From IMG/VR virus record IMGVR_UViG_3300027808_000022: a stretch of DNA of 20,000 nt, one strand, 5' to 3'. The notes under the pieces were generated by a model, which did not search any database, was not told the DNA's origin, and saw only the letters and a list, made by a program, of their open reading frames with translations. The first letter of the stretch is position 1. The number at the start of each line of letters is the position of its first letter. Source of the stretch: an uncultured virus (IMG/VR IMGVR_UViG_3300027808_000022). Lineage: Duplodnaviria; Heunggongvirae; Uroviricota; Caudoviricetes. Made by a program: the position numbers and the translations under genes. This document shows, piece by piece, positions 1 to 6,582 of this stretch.

Positions 1-50
1 AATGAGAGCGGGTTTACAATCCGCCGCAATTGCCGCTATGCGATACTGGC
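1..50 (-). tRNA. tRNA-Tyr(GTA), 5' part, truncated by window edge
   Basis: Reverse complement GCCAGTA-TC-GCATAGCGGCAATTGC-G-GCGGA-TTGTAAA-CCCGC; anticodon GTA; T-arm lies outside the window. Confidence 0.85.
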
Positions 51-57
51 ATTTTTG

Positions 58-130
58 TCTTTCCTGTTGGATTTGAACCAACGACATCTTGGATGTAAGC
101 CAAGTGCTCTTCCAACTGAGCTAAGGAAAG
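58..130 (-). tRNA. tRNA-Val(TAC)
   Basis: Cloverleaf: acceptor CTTTCCT/AGGAAAG, D-stem GCTC/GAGC, anticodon arm CTTGG-CTTACAT-CCAAG, T-arm GTTGG-TTCAAAT-CCAAC, discriminator A. Confidence 0.95.
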
Positions 131-136
131 ATATTG

Positions 137-210
137 TGACCCCATCGGGACTCGAACCCGAAACCCCCGTGTTAAAAGCACGGTGCTCTAGCCAATTGAG
201 CTATAAGGTC
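137..210 (-). tRNA. tRNA-Lys(TTT)
   Basis: Acceptor GACCTTA/TGGGGTC, anticodon arm CCGTG-CTTTTAA-CACGG, T-arm TCGGG-TTCGAGT-CCCGA. Confidence 0.95.
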
Positions 211-216
211 ATATTG

Positions 217-287
217 TTACCCCTGAAGGATTCGAACCTCCACTAAGTGGACCAAAACCACTCGTCCTGCCGTTAGACGAAAGGGTA
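217..287 (-). tRNA. tRNA-Gln(TTG)
   Basis: Acceptor TACCCTT/AGGGGTA, anticodon arm AGTGG-TTTTGGT-CCACT, T-arm GGAGG-TTCGAAT-CCTTC. Confidence 0.95.
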
Positions 288-292
288 ATTTA

Positions 293-369
293 TGGTTGGT
301 GATACAGGACTTGAACCTGTGACCCCTACGGTATCAGCGTAGTGCTCTAACCAACTGAGCTAATCACCA
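293..369 (-). tRNA. tRNA-Ile(GAT) with encoded CCA
   Basis: Acceptor TGGTGAT/ATCACCA + ACCA, anticodon arm CTACG-CTGATAC-CGTAG, T-arm ACAGG-TTCAAGT-CCTGT. Confidence 0.95.
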
Positions 370-378
370 ATGTATTTG

Positions 379-451
379 TGGGGTAGACAGGTATCGAACC
401 TGTTCCTTCGGATTTTCAGTCCGGCGCAATGACCTCATCTGCCACTACCCC
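379..451 (-). tRNA. tRNA-Phe(GAA), first gene of the array
   Basis: Acceptor GGGGTAG/CTACCCC, anticodon arm CCGGA-CTGAAAA-TCCGA, T-arm ACAGG-TTCGATA-CCTGT. Confidence 0.93.
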
Positions 452-463
452 ATTTTTGGTTAC

Positions 464-481
464 CAATACGTCAAAGAACTT
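464..481 (-). promoter_or_regulatory. boxA-like antitermination site
   Basis: AAGTTCTTTGACGTATTG between the terminator and tRNA-Phe; core GTTCTTTGAC resembles the rrn boxA consensus GYTCTTTAA/GA. Confidence 0.55.
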
Positions 482-518
482 AAAAACAAAAAAACCCGAA
501 CCTTGTGAGTTCGGGTTT
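482..518 (-). terminator. Intrinsic terminator upstream of the tRNA array (attenuator terminator)
   Basis: AAACCCGAAC-TCACAAG-GTTCGGGTTT followed by TTTTGTTTTT on the minus strand. Confidence 0.9.
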
Positions 519-539
519 CCTTTTTTAGGCTACTACGTG

Positions 540-635
540 TTAACTTATAACACCCGAACTTGAAAATACGCGAAGATACCAATTCTGACAGAATTGAATG
601 ACATGTTTCACGATTTGTTTATTTACGAGTTTCAT
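540..635 (-). CDS. Putative attenuator leader peptide, 31 aa (MKLVNKQIVKHVIQFCQNWYLRVFSSSGVIS)
   Basis: Hand-translated ATG(635)..TAA(540); below the ORF-track cut-off; lies between promoter motifs (646-666) and the terminator; codons 26-28 (AGTTCGGGT) are complementary to the terminator 5' arm. Confidence 0.7.
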   Translation of the reverse strand: MKLVNKQIVKHVIQFCQNWYLRVFSSSGVIS

Positions 636-645
636 TGTGTTTAGT

Positions 646-666
646 ATTAAATATGGTACAAAGATA
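646..666 (-). promoter_or_regulatory. Promoter region of leader/tRNA array: TATCTTTG (659-666) and TATTTAAT (646-653)
   Basis: TATCTTTG fits the Bacteroidota housekeeping -7 element TAnnTTTG; TATTTAAT is a variant of the recurring TATTTAT motif. Confidence 0.65.
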
Positions 667-684
667 CAAAAGTTTCTTGATATG

Positions 685-945
685 TTAAATATTTTTTTCG
701 TTTTTATTTTTTAATAACCAGTTGGCTCCGACTACAAACCCTTGTTTCCATTTTGTAATATCATCATCACACATCCCTTCACTGTATTGTTGATATTTGT
801 CATCAGCGCCAATATGAATCATTTGTTGGATTCTTTTTTCTATAAAACCGGGCTTAGTTTCAAACTCAGGTTCTCCCAATTCAACCATACCATTTTTCCA
901 CTTTTTCCAAGTGTCAAAATCTTTTAAATCTTCAATGTTAATCAT
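685..945 (-). CDS. Hypothetical protein
   Basis: 86 aa ORF co-oriented and tightly packed with neighbours. Confidence 0.75.
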   Translation of the reverse strand: MINIEDLKDFDTWKKWKNGMVELGEPEFETKPGFIEKRIQQMIHIGADDKYQQYSEGMCDDDITKWKQGFVVGANWLLKNKNEKNI

Positions 946-958
946 ATTATTTTTTTAA

Positions 959-1375
959 TTATAACCTGTCTTTTACAATATTCAATAAGTCCTCATTAAA
1001 AGGTACTCCATGTCTTGAATCAAATTCATCTTCCAATCTTTCAGTTGACATATCATTTTTCTTCAATAAAATATACGCTCCCAAATCAGCTTCAATTTCA
1101 TCTTTTTCAGACCTCGGTCCGTTGTGTCCCAATAACAAATGTGAGATTTCATGAGCTTCAATAAATTTCATGTCATCCATAGTTAAACCATCATCACCCA
1201 AAAATATTTCACCGTCAATAAAAATTGTTTTGAATTCTGGTGCAAGAAATCCATAACCGTATTGGTCAAAAATTTTTCTCATTGCACTATAATTTGGATT
1301 TTCTTTGAATACCAAATTAATATTCATGTTTGGGATAAAACTACTTTTGTACGCTATGATGTCTTGGTCTTCCAT
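959..1375 (-). CDS. Zincin-like metallopeptidase domain protein (ImmA/IrrE-like)
   Basis: AHEISHLLLGH (HExxH) followed by EIEAD third-ligand motif. Confidence 0.65.
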   Translation of the reverse strand: MEDQDIIAYKSSFIPNMNINLVFKENPNYSAMRKIFDQYGYGFLAPEFKTIFIDGEIFLGDDGLTMDDMKFIEAHEISHLLLGHNGPRSEKDEIEADLGAYILLKKNDMSTERLEDEFDSRHGVPFNEDLLNIVKDRL

Positions 1376-1377
1376 TT

Positions 1378-1941
1378 TTATAATAAATATTCCAATACTT
1401 TTTCTTTTATGCCCGTTTGTTTAATGCCTTCTTTATTTTCGGGTGTTAATACAAAGTTCTTCAATCCCCAAGTCTTATCGTGCACATCCGTTAATGACAT
1501 ATTCAAATCATCAATTGCCACCCAATGTGTGATTACAGGATTCTGACCAATATATTGCGCAATCTCCAAACTACGAGTTTGTTCTAACTCCGATTTGTTG
1601 TGCCATGGGAAATCATCATAATCATCATATAAGATAGAATCGGTAAAGGCAATTGGTTTTTTAATAATACCTTTTGATTCGTAATATTCTCCCATCTCCT
1701 CAACTGTCGCCCAATTTTTCCAATCTGAAGATACAACAATTTCGGCACCTGTTTCCTCTAAGATTTCATTAAGAACTTTAACCGCCTCCTCATCAAAATT
1801 ATCAAAACGATACTCAACGGGCATACTTAAAGTACTCATAGACAATTTACGTTTACCCCAACTTTTTTGTTTTTTGAAACGATTACCCCAATTATCAGAC
1901 AGACATATCACACCATCGTGGTCCAAAAATATAACTTTCAT
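1378..1941 (-). CDS. HAD-family phosphatase of the Swiss-Army-Knife RNA repair type (HAD_SAK_2-like)
   Basis: MKVIFLDHDGV (DxD), IVVSSDWK and WVAIDD motifs. Confidence 0.8.
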   Translation of the reverse strand: MKVIFLDHDGVICLSDNWGNRFKKQKSWGKRKLSMSTLSMPVEYRFDNFDEEAVKVLNEILEETGAEIVVSSDWKNWATVEEMGEYYESKGIIKKPIAFTDSILYDDYDDFPWHNKSELEQTRSLEIAQYIGQNPVITHWVAIDDLNMSLTDVHDKTWGLKNFVLTPENKEGIKQTGIKEKVLEYLL

Positions 1942-1945
1942 AACA

Positions 1946-1953
1946 CAAAGATA
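1946..1953 (-). promoter_or_regulatory. Bacteroidota-type -7 box TATCTTTG
   Basis: TAnnTTTG match 4 nt upstream of the HAD gene start. Confidence 0.55.
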
Positions 1954-2049
1954 ATAAAAGTTATTCTTGTATCAAAGAAATATCGTAATAAAAACTATTG
2001 TATCATATTTTACAATTTGACAAATATGTTGTATTTTTTTTAAAAAACT

Positions 2050-2766
2050 ATGTCATATTTAAATACACCAATTCCCGTAGTAGAGGCTTACATTAGAGGA
2101 AACTTCTTAAGAAACCAAGAAGATTCTCACGATAAAAAATTCCCTTGTTACATTTTTGGAATGTCGTCAATTCCAGCACAAGCACCATTATTTCACTTTA
2201 TCATGGAGGATGGGGCATTATGGTGGAGAATGCCAATACAGGCATTTTGTTGGAAAGAAGATGCACCTGAACAAGAACTTGATGAATTAGTGTTATGGGA
2301 TTCATTTTCATATCATGTTGGAGCAACAGCATTCCCTATGTTAAAAAACAAGACATGTAAATTCATATCAAGACGTAGAGTAGAATATACGGGCAAATAT
2401 TTATTTACCTTAGATTGGGGGTCATCTTCAGACATGGGAGACACAGATTTTGGATTAAGTGAATTCCCATCACAACACAAATGTGGTCATTTCATTGCCA
2501 TGGATAATGGAAACTTTGCAATACAACCAAACAATAGGTTTGTGCTTCATGACCCATCGTTCACAGTAAAAGATGAATTGGTTATACATAGAAAATACAA
2601 TACCACATTATGGACTGCTGAAAGAAATGGAAGATGGGTCACACCTGATACTGACATTATGAATTACGACCATACCGATTTAGAAAAAGGTGAGAGTAAT
2701 AAAAAACGGTCAGATGAATATAATAAAATTGATTCCGAACGTTTAAAGAATGAAGGTTCAATTTAA
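2050..2766 (+). CDS. Hypothetical protein, phage-like
   Basis: 238 aa ORF, aromatic-rich with HKCGH motif; overlaps the next gene. Confidence 0.8.
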   Translation: MSYLNTPIPVVEAYIRGNFLRNQEDSHDKKFPCYIFGMSSIPAQAPLFHFIMEDGALWWRMPIQAFCWKEDAPEQELDELVLWDSFSYHVGATAFPMLKNKTCKFISRRRVEYTGKYLFTLDWGSSSDMGDTDFGLSEFPSQHKCGHFIAMDNGNFAIQPNNRFVLHDPSFTVKDELVIHRKYNTTLWTAERNGRWVTPDTDIMNYDHTDLEKGESNKKRSDEYNKIDSERLKNEGSI

Positions 2767-3379
2767 CCACCAAAATGGATTCTTTTTAGACGGGAGAATA
2801 TTTTGTGAAGTTTACGGTATTGCGGAAAACGAATCAAATGATGAGTTATTAAATTCAGGATGGTTACCGTCAATGGAGGAAAAAAATATTTGGTATCAAT
2901 CAAGAAGTCATAGAATAGAACTATCTAATTTTGAGATATCAAAAAAACGAAGACACATAATTAAAAAGTTAACCTGTGAAGTAAGTGATTATATTCAAAA
3001 CCAAGAAATAGATGATTTCTTTCAAGAATACTACAATGATAAGGATTTTGATATTATGGATGATTATAATAACTGTTCAAAGTTTTTTGAACCAAAAATA
3101 TTGTACTTAAGATTAGAAGGTAAATTAGTTGCGGTGGGAAGATACTTAGAAAATAAAAAGTCTAATGTATTTTTAAATCTTGCTTATGATAACAATAATT
3201 TAAAGTTATCTCTTGGTACTAATTTATTTTACATACTCGCAGATATTACCAAGAAACAAAATAAAGATTATTTGTATATCTATGAATCATATGATGATAG
3301 TTTTTCATATAAACAAAAATTACCTAACTTAAATTTTTGGAGTGGGACTAAATGGATATCAAATGCTATTTATAAATAA
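2750..3379 (+). CDS. ATE/Bpt-like aminoacyl-tRNA-protein transferase (GNAT fold)
   Basis: LLNSGW..WYQSRSHRIELSNF near N-terminus and AYD..KLSLGT..KDYLYI..SYK near C-terminus match the ATE_N/ATE_C motif pattern of Bpt/ATE1. Confidence 0.65.
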   Translation: MKVQFNHQNGFFLDGRIFCEVYGIAENESNDELLNSGWLPSMEEKNIWYQSRSHRIELSNFEISKKRRHIIKKLTCEVSDYIQNQEIDDFFQEYYNDKDFDIMDDYNNCSKFFEPKILYLRLEGKLVAVGRYLENKKSNVFLNLAYDNNNLKLSLGTNLFYILADITKKQNKDYLYIYESYDDSFSYKQKLPNLNFWSGTKWISNAIYK

Positions 3380-3381
3380 AA

Positions 3382-4104
3382 ATGGAAGAGGGTAATTTTA
3401 AAGTATTAGTTAATACAATTGAAGAACTAAAAAAATATAAAAAAGTTCTTTTATTAACTTGCTCTAACAGAGGTGAAGAAATTTCAAAAGAAGAAACACC
3501 AAAATCTACAATTTTAGCAAAAGTAATACATAACAATCTTAGTAATTCTACAATAATAGATGTTACTAAACTTAAAATTTATCCATGTGAGGGAAATGTT
3601 TCTTTAATGGAAGGAAACGTTTGTGGTGTTAAAGATGCTCTTTTAGACGACCCTGAGAAAAATCCATCAGGATATCATAGATGTTGGGCTTCAATTCATA
3701 ATCCTGACGATGAACTTTGGAAAATAAGCAAAGAACTTTTTGAATCTGACTGTGTAGTTTTTTTCGCGTCAGTTAGATGGGGAGCTGCTAATATGTTTTA
3801 TCAAAAACTTATAGAAAGACTAAATTGGATTAATAATAGATATATCCCATATGGTGAAGACAACATAATAAAAAATACAACATCAGGTTTTATAATTGTT
3901 GGACAACACAAATATGGTGATGATATTGCCGAACTTCAGTATAACAATCACGAATATTATGGTTTTAAAGTTAACAAAAAACTATATTGGAATTGGAACG
4001 CCGAAAATATTGAATACGATGATGAAACCTTACAAGGATATATTGAAAGTTATCCCGAATTTTTTAAAGATTTTAAGATAAAAAAGAAACCTGTTCTTGA
4101 TTAA
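3382..4104 (+). CDS. Flavodoxin-fold protein (NADPH-dependent FMN reductase / iron-sulfur flavoprotein-like)
   Basis: LLTCSNR, KIYPCEG..C..HRC, DDELWKISKELFESDCVVFFASVRWG..QKLIERL. Confidence 0.75.
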   Translation: MEEGNFKVLVNTIEELKKYKKVLLLTCSNRGEEISKEETPKSTILAKVIHNNLSNSTIIDVTKLKIYPCEGNVSLMEGNVCGVKDALLDDPEKNPSGYHRCWASIHNPDDELWKISKELFESDCVVFFASVRWGAANMFYQKLIERLNWINNRYIPYGEDNIIKNTTSGFIIVGQHKYGDDIAELQYNNHEYYGFKVNKKLYWNWNAENIEYDDETLQGYIESYPEFFKDFKIKKKPVLD

Positions 4105-4775
4105 AACTCTTCTTGATGGAAGACAACATCTTCATATGCATATTCATTCCAAGTAAATTTTAATGTAATTGTACCCGCTCTTGAATCAATCATGAAATTT
4201 CCAAAAGAACCTTCATCATTTTCCCAACCACCATACACTCCCAACATATCGTATAAATAATCATCTAATCCTGGTACACTATCTACGTTTCTTTCTGGTT
4301 TACTACCAGAATCAACATATAAGGTACCATCAATATATCCATCATCACCACCACCATTAAACGTAACTTCAGCAAATGGAAATATGTCCTCTTGTTTAAG
4401 AAAATTCATAATCTCTTTTAGATTTTCATCATCTTCTTCACTTCTTTCAGTTTCACCTGAAGGTCCGTCAACAATTTCTTGATAAGTTCCACTAATAGTA
4501 ACTGTTCTTGTTTGGGGATATAACGCAAAAGTTATTGCATTCAAATTATCTTCATCAAAATCTGAAGCATTTTCACCAACATATTCGGTAATTATCTCAC
4601 TAATATCAAATGGTAATTTTTGTGGTGTTTCATGTTTTTCAATTCCACAACCAAAATTTCTACCGTTATATGGTGTGTGATTCCAAGGGTCAACATCCAT
4701 CTCAAGATACTCACAACCACGAGAAGATGCGTATTTGGATATTAATTCAAAAATTGATTTTTGTTTTGGGGTCAT
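4101..4775 (-). CDS. Acidic protein with DUF6878-like C-terminal domain
   Basis: VTFNGGGDDGYID and GWENDEGSFG motifs; start set at MTPKQK because of the TATTTAT motif at 4780-4786. Confidence 0.6.
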   Translation of the reverse strand: MTPKQKSIFELISKYASSRGCEYLEMDVDPWNHTPYNGRNFGCGIEKHETPQKLPFDISEIITEYVGENASDFDEDNLNAITFALYPQTRTVTISGTYQEIVDGPSGETERSEEDDENLKEIMNFLKQEDIFPFAEVTFNGGGDDGYIDGTLYVDSGSKPERNVDSVPGLDDYLYDMLGVYGGWENDEGSFGNFMIDSRAGTITLKFTWNEYAYEDVVFHQEEF

Positions 4776-4786
4776 AGTAATAAATA

Positions 4787-5140
4787 TCAATCATCTACTT
4801 TGAGGTCCAATGTTCTTAACATCCACATTGGTTTCTTTTCAGCTTGTAAAGCATCTATCCAATCTTTTGCCGTTGGAATATAATTAAAACAATCTTCTTT
4901 CACGTGTTGTTCACCAACATACCTGGTGTAGACAGTTTTACCGTCACTATTAACAAATGATTTACCAAAGATTTTTTCCATCTCAAAGATACCTTCTGAG
5001 TGGTGACGAAACATTCTATGATTTGAATGTCCAACCCACGCCTTTGTTTCATCTAACCAATCGTGTAAATGAATATAATCTTCAAATTTTCCACCAAATT
5101 TTTTGGCTGAAGATTTTGCATGAATTAAAGGATGTGCCAT
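4787..5140 (-). CDS. His-rich DUF6915-like protein
   Basis: MAHPLIHAKSSAKKFGG..HDWLDETK..HRMFRHHSEGI..GEQHVKED. Confidence 0.65.
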   Translation of the reverse strand: MAHPLIHAKSSAKKFGGKFEDYIHLHDWLDETKAWVGHSNHRMFRHHSEGIFEMEKIFGKSFVNSDGKTVYTRYVGEQHVKEDCFNYIPTAKDWIDALQAEKKPMWMLRTLDLKVDD

Positions 5141-5271
5141 ATTGAAATGATAAAACTAATTAAACAGAATGATAAAACGGCAATTGTTGCTACCGTACCA
5201 ATATTTCTATAATAGGACTCCACTTGTTCTTTGGACCTACCTTGCCATTCGTCTTTATTCCAAAATTTCAT
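5125..5271 (-). CDS. Small single-TM membrane protein, 48 aa (MKFWNKDEWQGRSKEQVESYYRNIGTVATIAVLSFCLISFIISIWHIL)
   Basis: Hand-translated; fills the gap between tRNA-Arg and the next gene, overlapping its start; C-terminal hydrophobic helix. Confidence 0.7.
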   Translation of the reverse strand: MKFWNKDEWQGRSKEQVESYYRNIGTVATIAVLSFCLISFIISIWHIL

Positions 5272-5275
5272 TTTG

Positions 5276-5349
5276 TACCCCCGACAGGACTCGAACCTGT
5301 GACCTACGGTTTAGAAAACCGTTGCTCTATCCAGCTGAGCTACAAGGGC
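5276..5349 (-). tRNA. tRNA-Arg(TCT)
   Basis: Acceptor GCCCTTG/CGGGGGT, anticodon arm ACGGT-TTTCTAA-ACCGT, T-arm ACAGG-TTCGAGT-CCTGT. Confidence 0.95.
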
Positions 5350-5352
5350 ATT

Positions 5353-5706
5353 TTATTTAAATATTACTTGAATTATAATAATCATAACCGCCAAAGTCAA
5401 ACTAGCCCATGTTTTTGCTGACATCCCTTGATTTAGAAATAAATATGTTAAAATCGCGTACATTACAATCCCAATTGAAAATCCCAAAAATCGTTGTGGC
5501 CACATTAAACCCATGAATGCTTTTTCACCGTAACCTGTTGCCAATATAAAAAGATATGTAAATGGTACACCTACAAAAGACATAATTAATGTATTTCTTT
5601 TTGCCCAATCCCACATAAATTGAGCATTCAGTTGAAACCATATTCCAGTTTGACCTATTAAGAAAAACAAACAAGTGAGTAAGAAATACTTTAAATTAAT
5701 ATTCAT
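5353..5706 (-). CDS. Small integral membrane protein, about 4 TM helices (DMT/SMR-like size)
   Basis: Four hydrophobic segments; ATG at 5706 lies just downstream of a TATCTTTG box (5713-5720). Confidence 0.75.
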   Translation of the reverse strand: MNINLKYFLLTCLFFLIGQTGIWFQLNAQFMWDWAKRNTLIMSFVGVPFTYLFILATGYGEKAFMGLMWPQRFLGFSIGIVMYAILTYLFLNQGMSAKTWASLTLAVMIIIIQVIFK

Positions 5707-5766
5707 GTGATACAAAGATAAATCAAATATTTGACCTTTTCAAGGAATACACCTATTTATGTCTAA

Positions 5767-5880
5767 ATGAACAACACGGCAATGAATATTGGGCAAACAG
5801 AGATTGTGTATCTTAACGGTACGCCTTCGTTATTGTTTGATAAACCTATGACCCTTTTGAAACGCCGAACCATATATTAA
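5767..5880 (+). CDS. Putative attenuator leader peptide, 37 aa (MNNTAMNIGQTEIVYLNGTPSLLFDKPMTLLKRRTIY)
   Basis: Hand-translated ATG(5767)..TAA(5880); TATTTAT motif at 5754-5760; contains an arm complementary to the following terminator. Confidence 0.6.
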   Translation: MNNTAMNIGQTEIVYLNGTPSLLFDKPMTLLKRRTIY

Positions 5881-5893
5881 AACGTGTTTAGAA

Positions 5894-5922
5894 GGGTCCT
5901 GAGAAATCAGGACTTTTTTTTT
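5894..5922 (+). terminator. Intrinsic terminator upstream of the HNH gene
   Basis: GTCCTGA-GAAA-TCAGGAC followed by 9 T. Confidence 0.9.
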
Positions 5923-5958
5923 ACACATAAATTTCGTAAATTTGTAAAACATATTGTA

Positions 5959-6450
5959 ATGGATAAAGTATTAGTATTAAACTCAGACTACACACCCTTG
6001 AACGTAACTTCGGTTCGTAAGGGATTTGTATTGGTAATAAAAGGAAAGGCTGAGGTATTAAAACAAGACTCACAAAAATTGTCATCATCAGTTAAAGAAT
6101 ATGTTAAACCATTAATAATTCGTTTATTGTCTTATGTTAGATTTAAAACACGAAGTGTACGGTTAAACAGAAAACGTATCTACAAAAGGGATAACAACCA
6201 ATGTGTTTATTGTGGAAGTGAAAAGAATTTAACAATTGACCATATTATACCTCGTTCACGTGGTGGAAAAAACAGTTGGGTTAATTTGGTAACTTGTTGC
6301 TCATATTGTAATTTAAAAAAGGCAAATAAAACACCTGAAGAAGCTAACATGAAAATGAGATACAAAGCGTATGAACCAACTGTATTCTCATCTATTATTA
6401 GTTCTGACGTTGAGTGTTTATGGAATGATTATAAAGAATCATTTGTCTAA
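5959..6450 (+). CDS. HNH endonuclease (VLVLN..Y.PL N-terminal family)
   Basis: RDNNQCVYCG..LTIDHIIPRSRGGKNSWVNLVTCCSYCNLKK; real start MDKVLVLNSDYTPL at 5959. Confidence 0.9.
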   Translation: MDKVLVLNSDYTPLNVTSVRKGFVLVIKGKAEVLKQDSQKLSSSVKEYVKPLIIRLLSYVRFKTRSVRLNRKRIYKRDNNQCVYCGSEKNLTIDHIIPRSRGGKNSWVNLVTCCSYCNLKKANKTPEEANMKMRYKAYEPTVFSSIISSDVECLWNDYKESFV

Positions 6451-6482
6451 TTCAAAAATTGTTCTTATATTTGTTAAACAAT

Positions 6483-6567
6483 GCCGATGTGGTGAAAAGG
6501 TAGCCACGCAGGACTTAAAATCCTGTGGACTGTAAGGTCCGTGCCGGTTCGACTCCGGCCATCGGTA
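6483..6567 (+). tRNA. tRNA-Leu(TAA)
   Basis: Acceptor GCCGATG/CATCGGT, anticodon arm CAGGA-CTTAAAA-TCCTG, long variable arm, T-arm GCCGG-TTCGACT-CCGGC. Confidence 0.95.
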
Positions 6568-6582
6568 CAAATTATATAAAAT

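Noticed and set aside
55..246. 63 aa plus-strand ORF
   Set aside because: Antisense translation of tRNA-Val, -Lys and -Gln
4957..5421. Plus-strand ORFs 4957-5145, 5169-5360, 5224-5421
   Set aside because: Antisense to tRNA-Arg and to better supported minus-strand genes
5884..5958. N-terminal extension of the HNH ORF from GTG 5884
   Set aside because: Runs through the terminator hairpin; the family-typical start MDKVLVLN is at 5959
5959..6450. HNH as intron- or intein-encoded homing endonuclease
   Set aside because: Free-standing; neighbouring tRNA-Leu and clpP are intact and no group I intron core was seen
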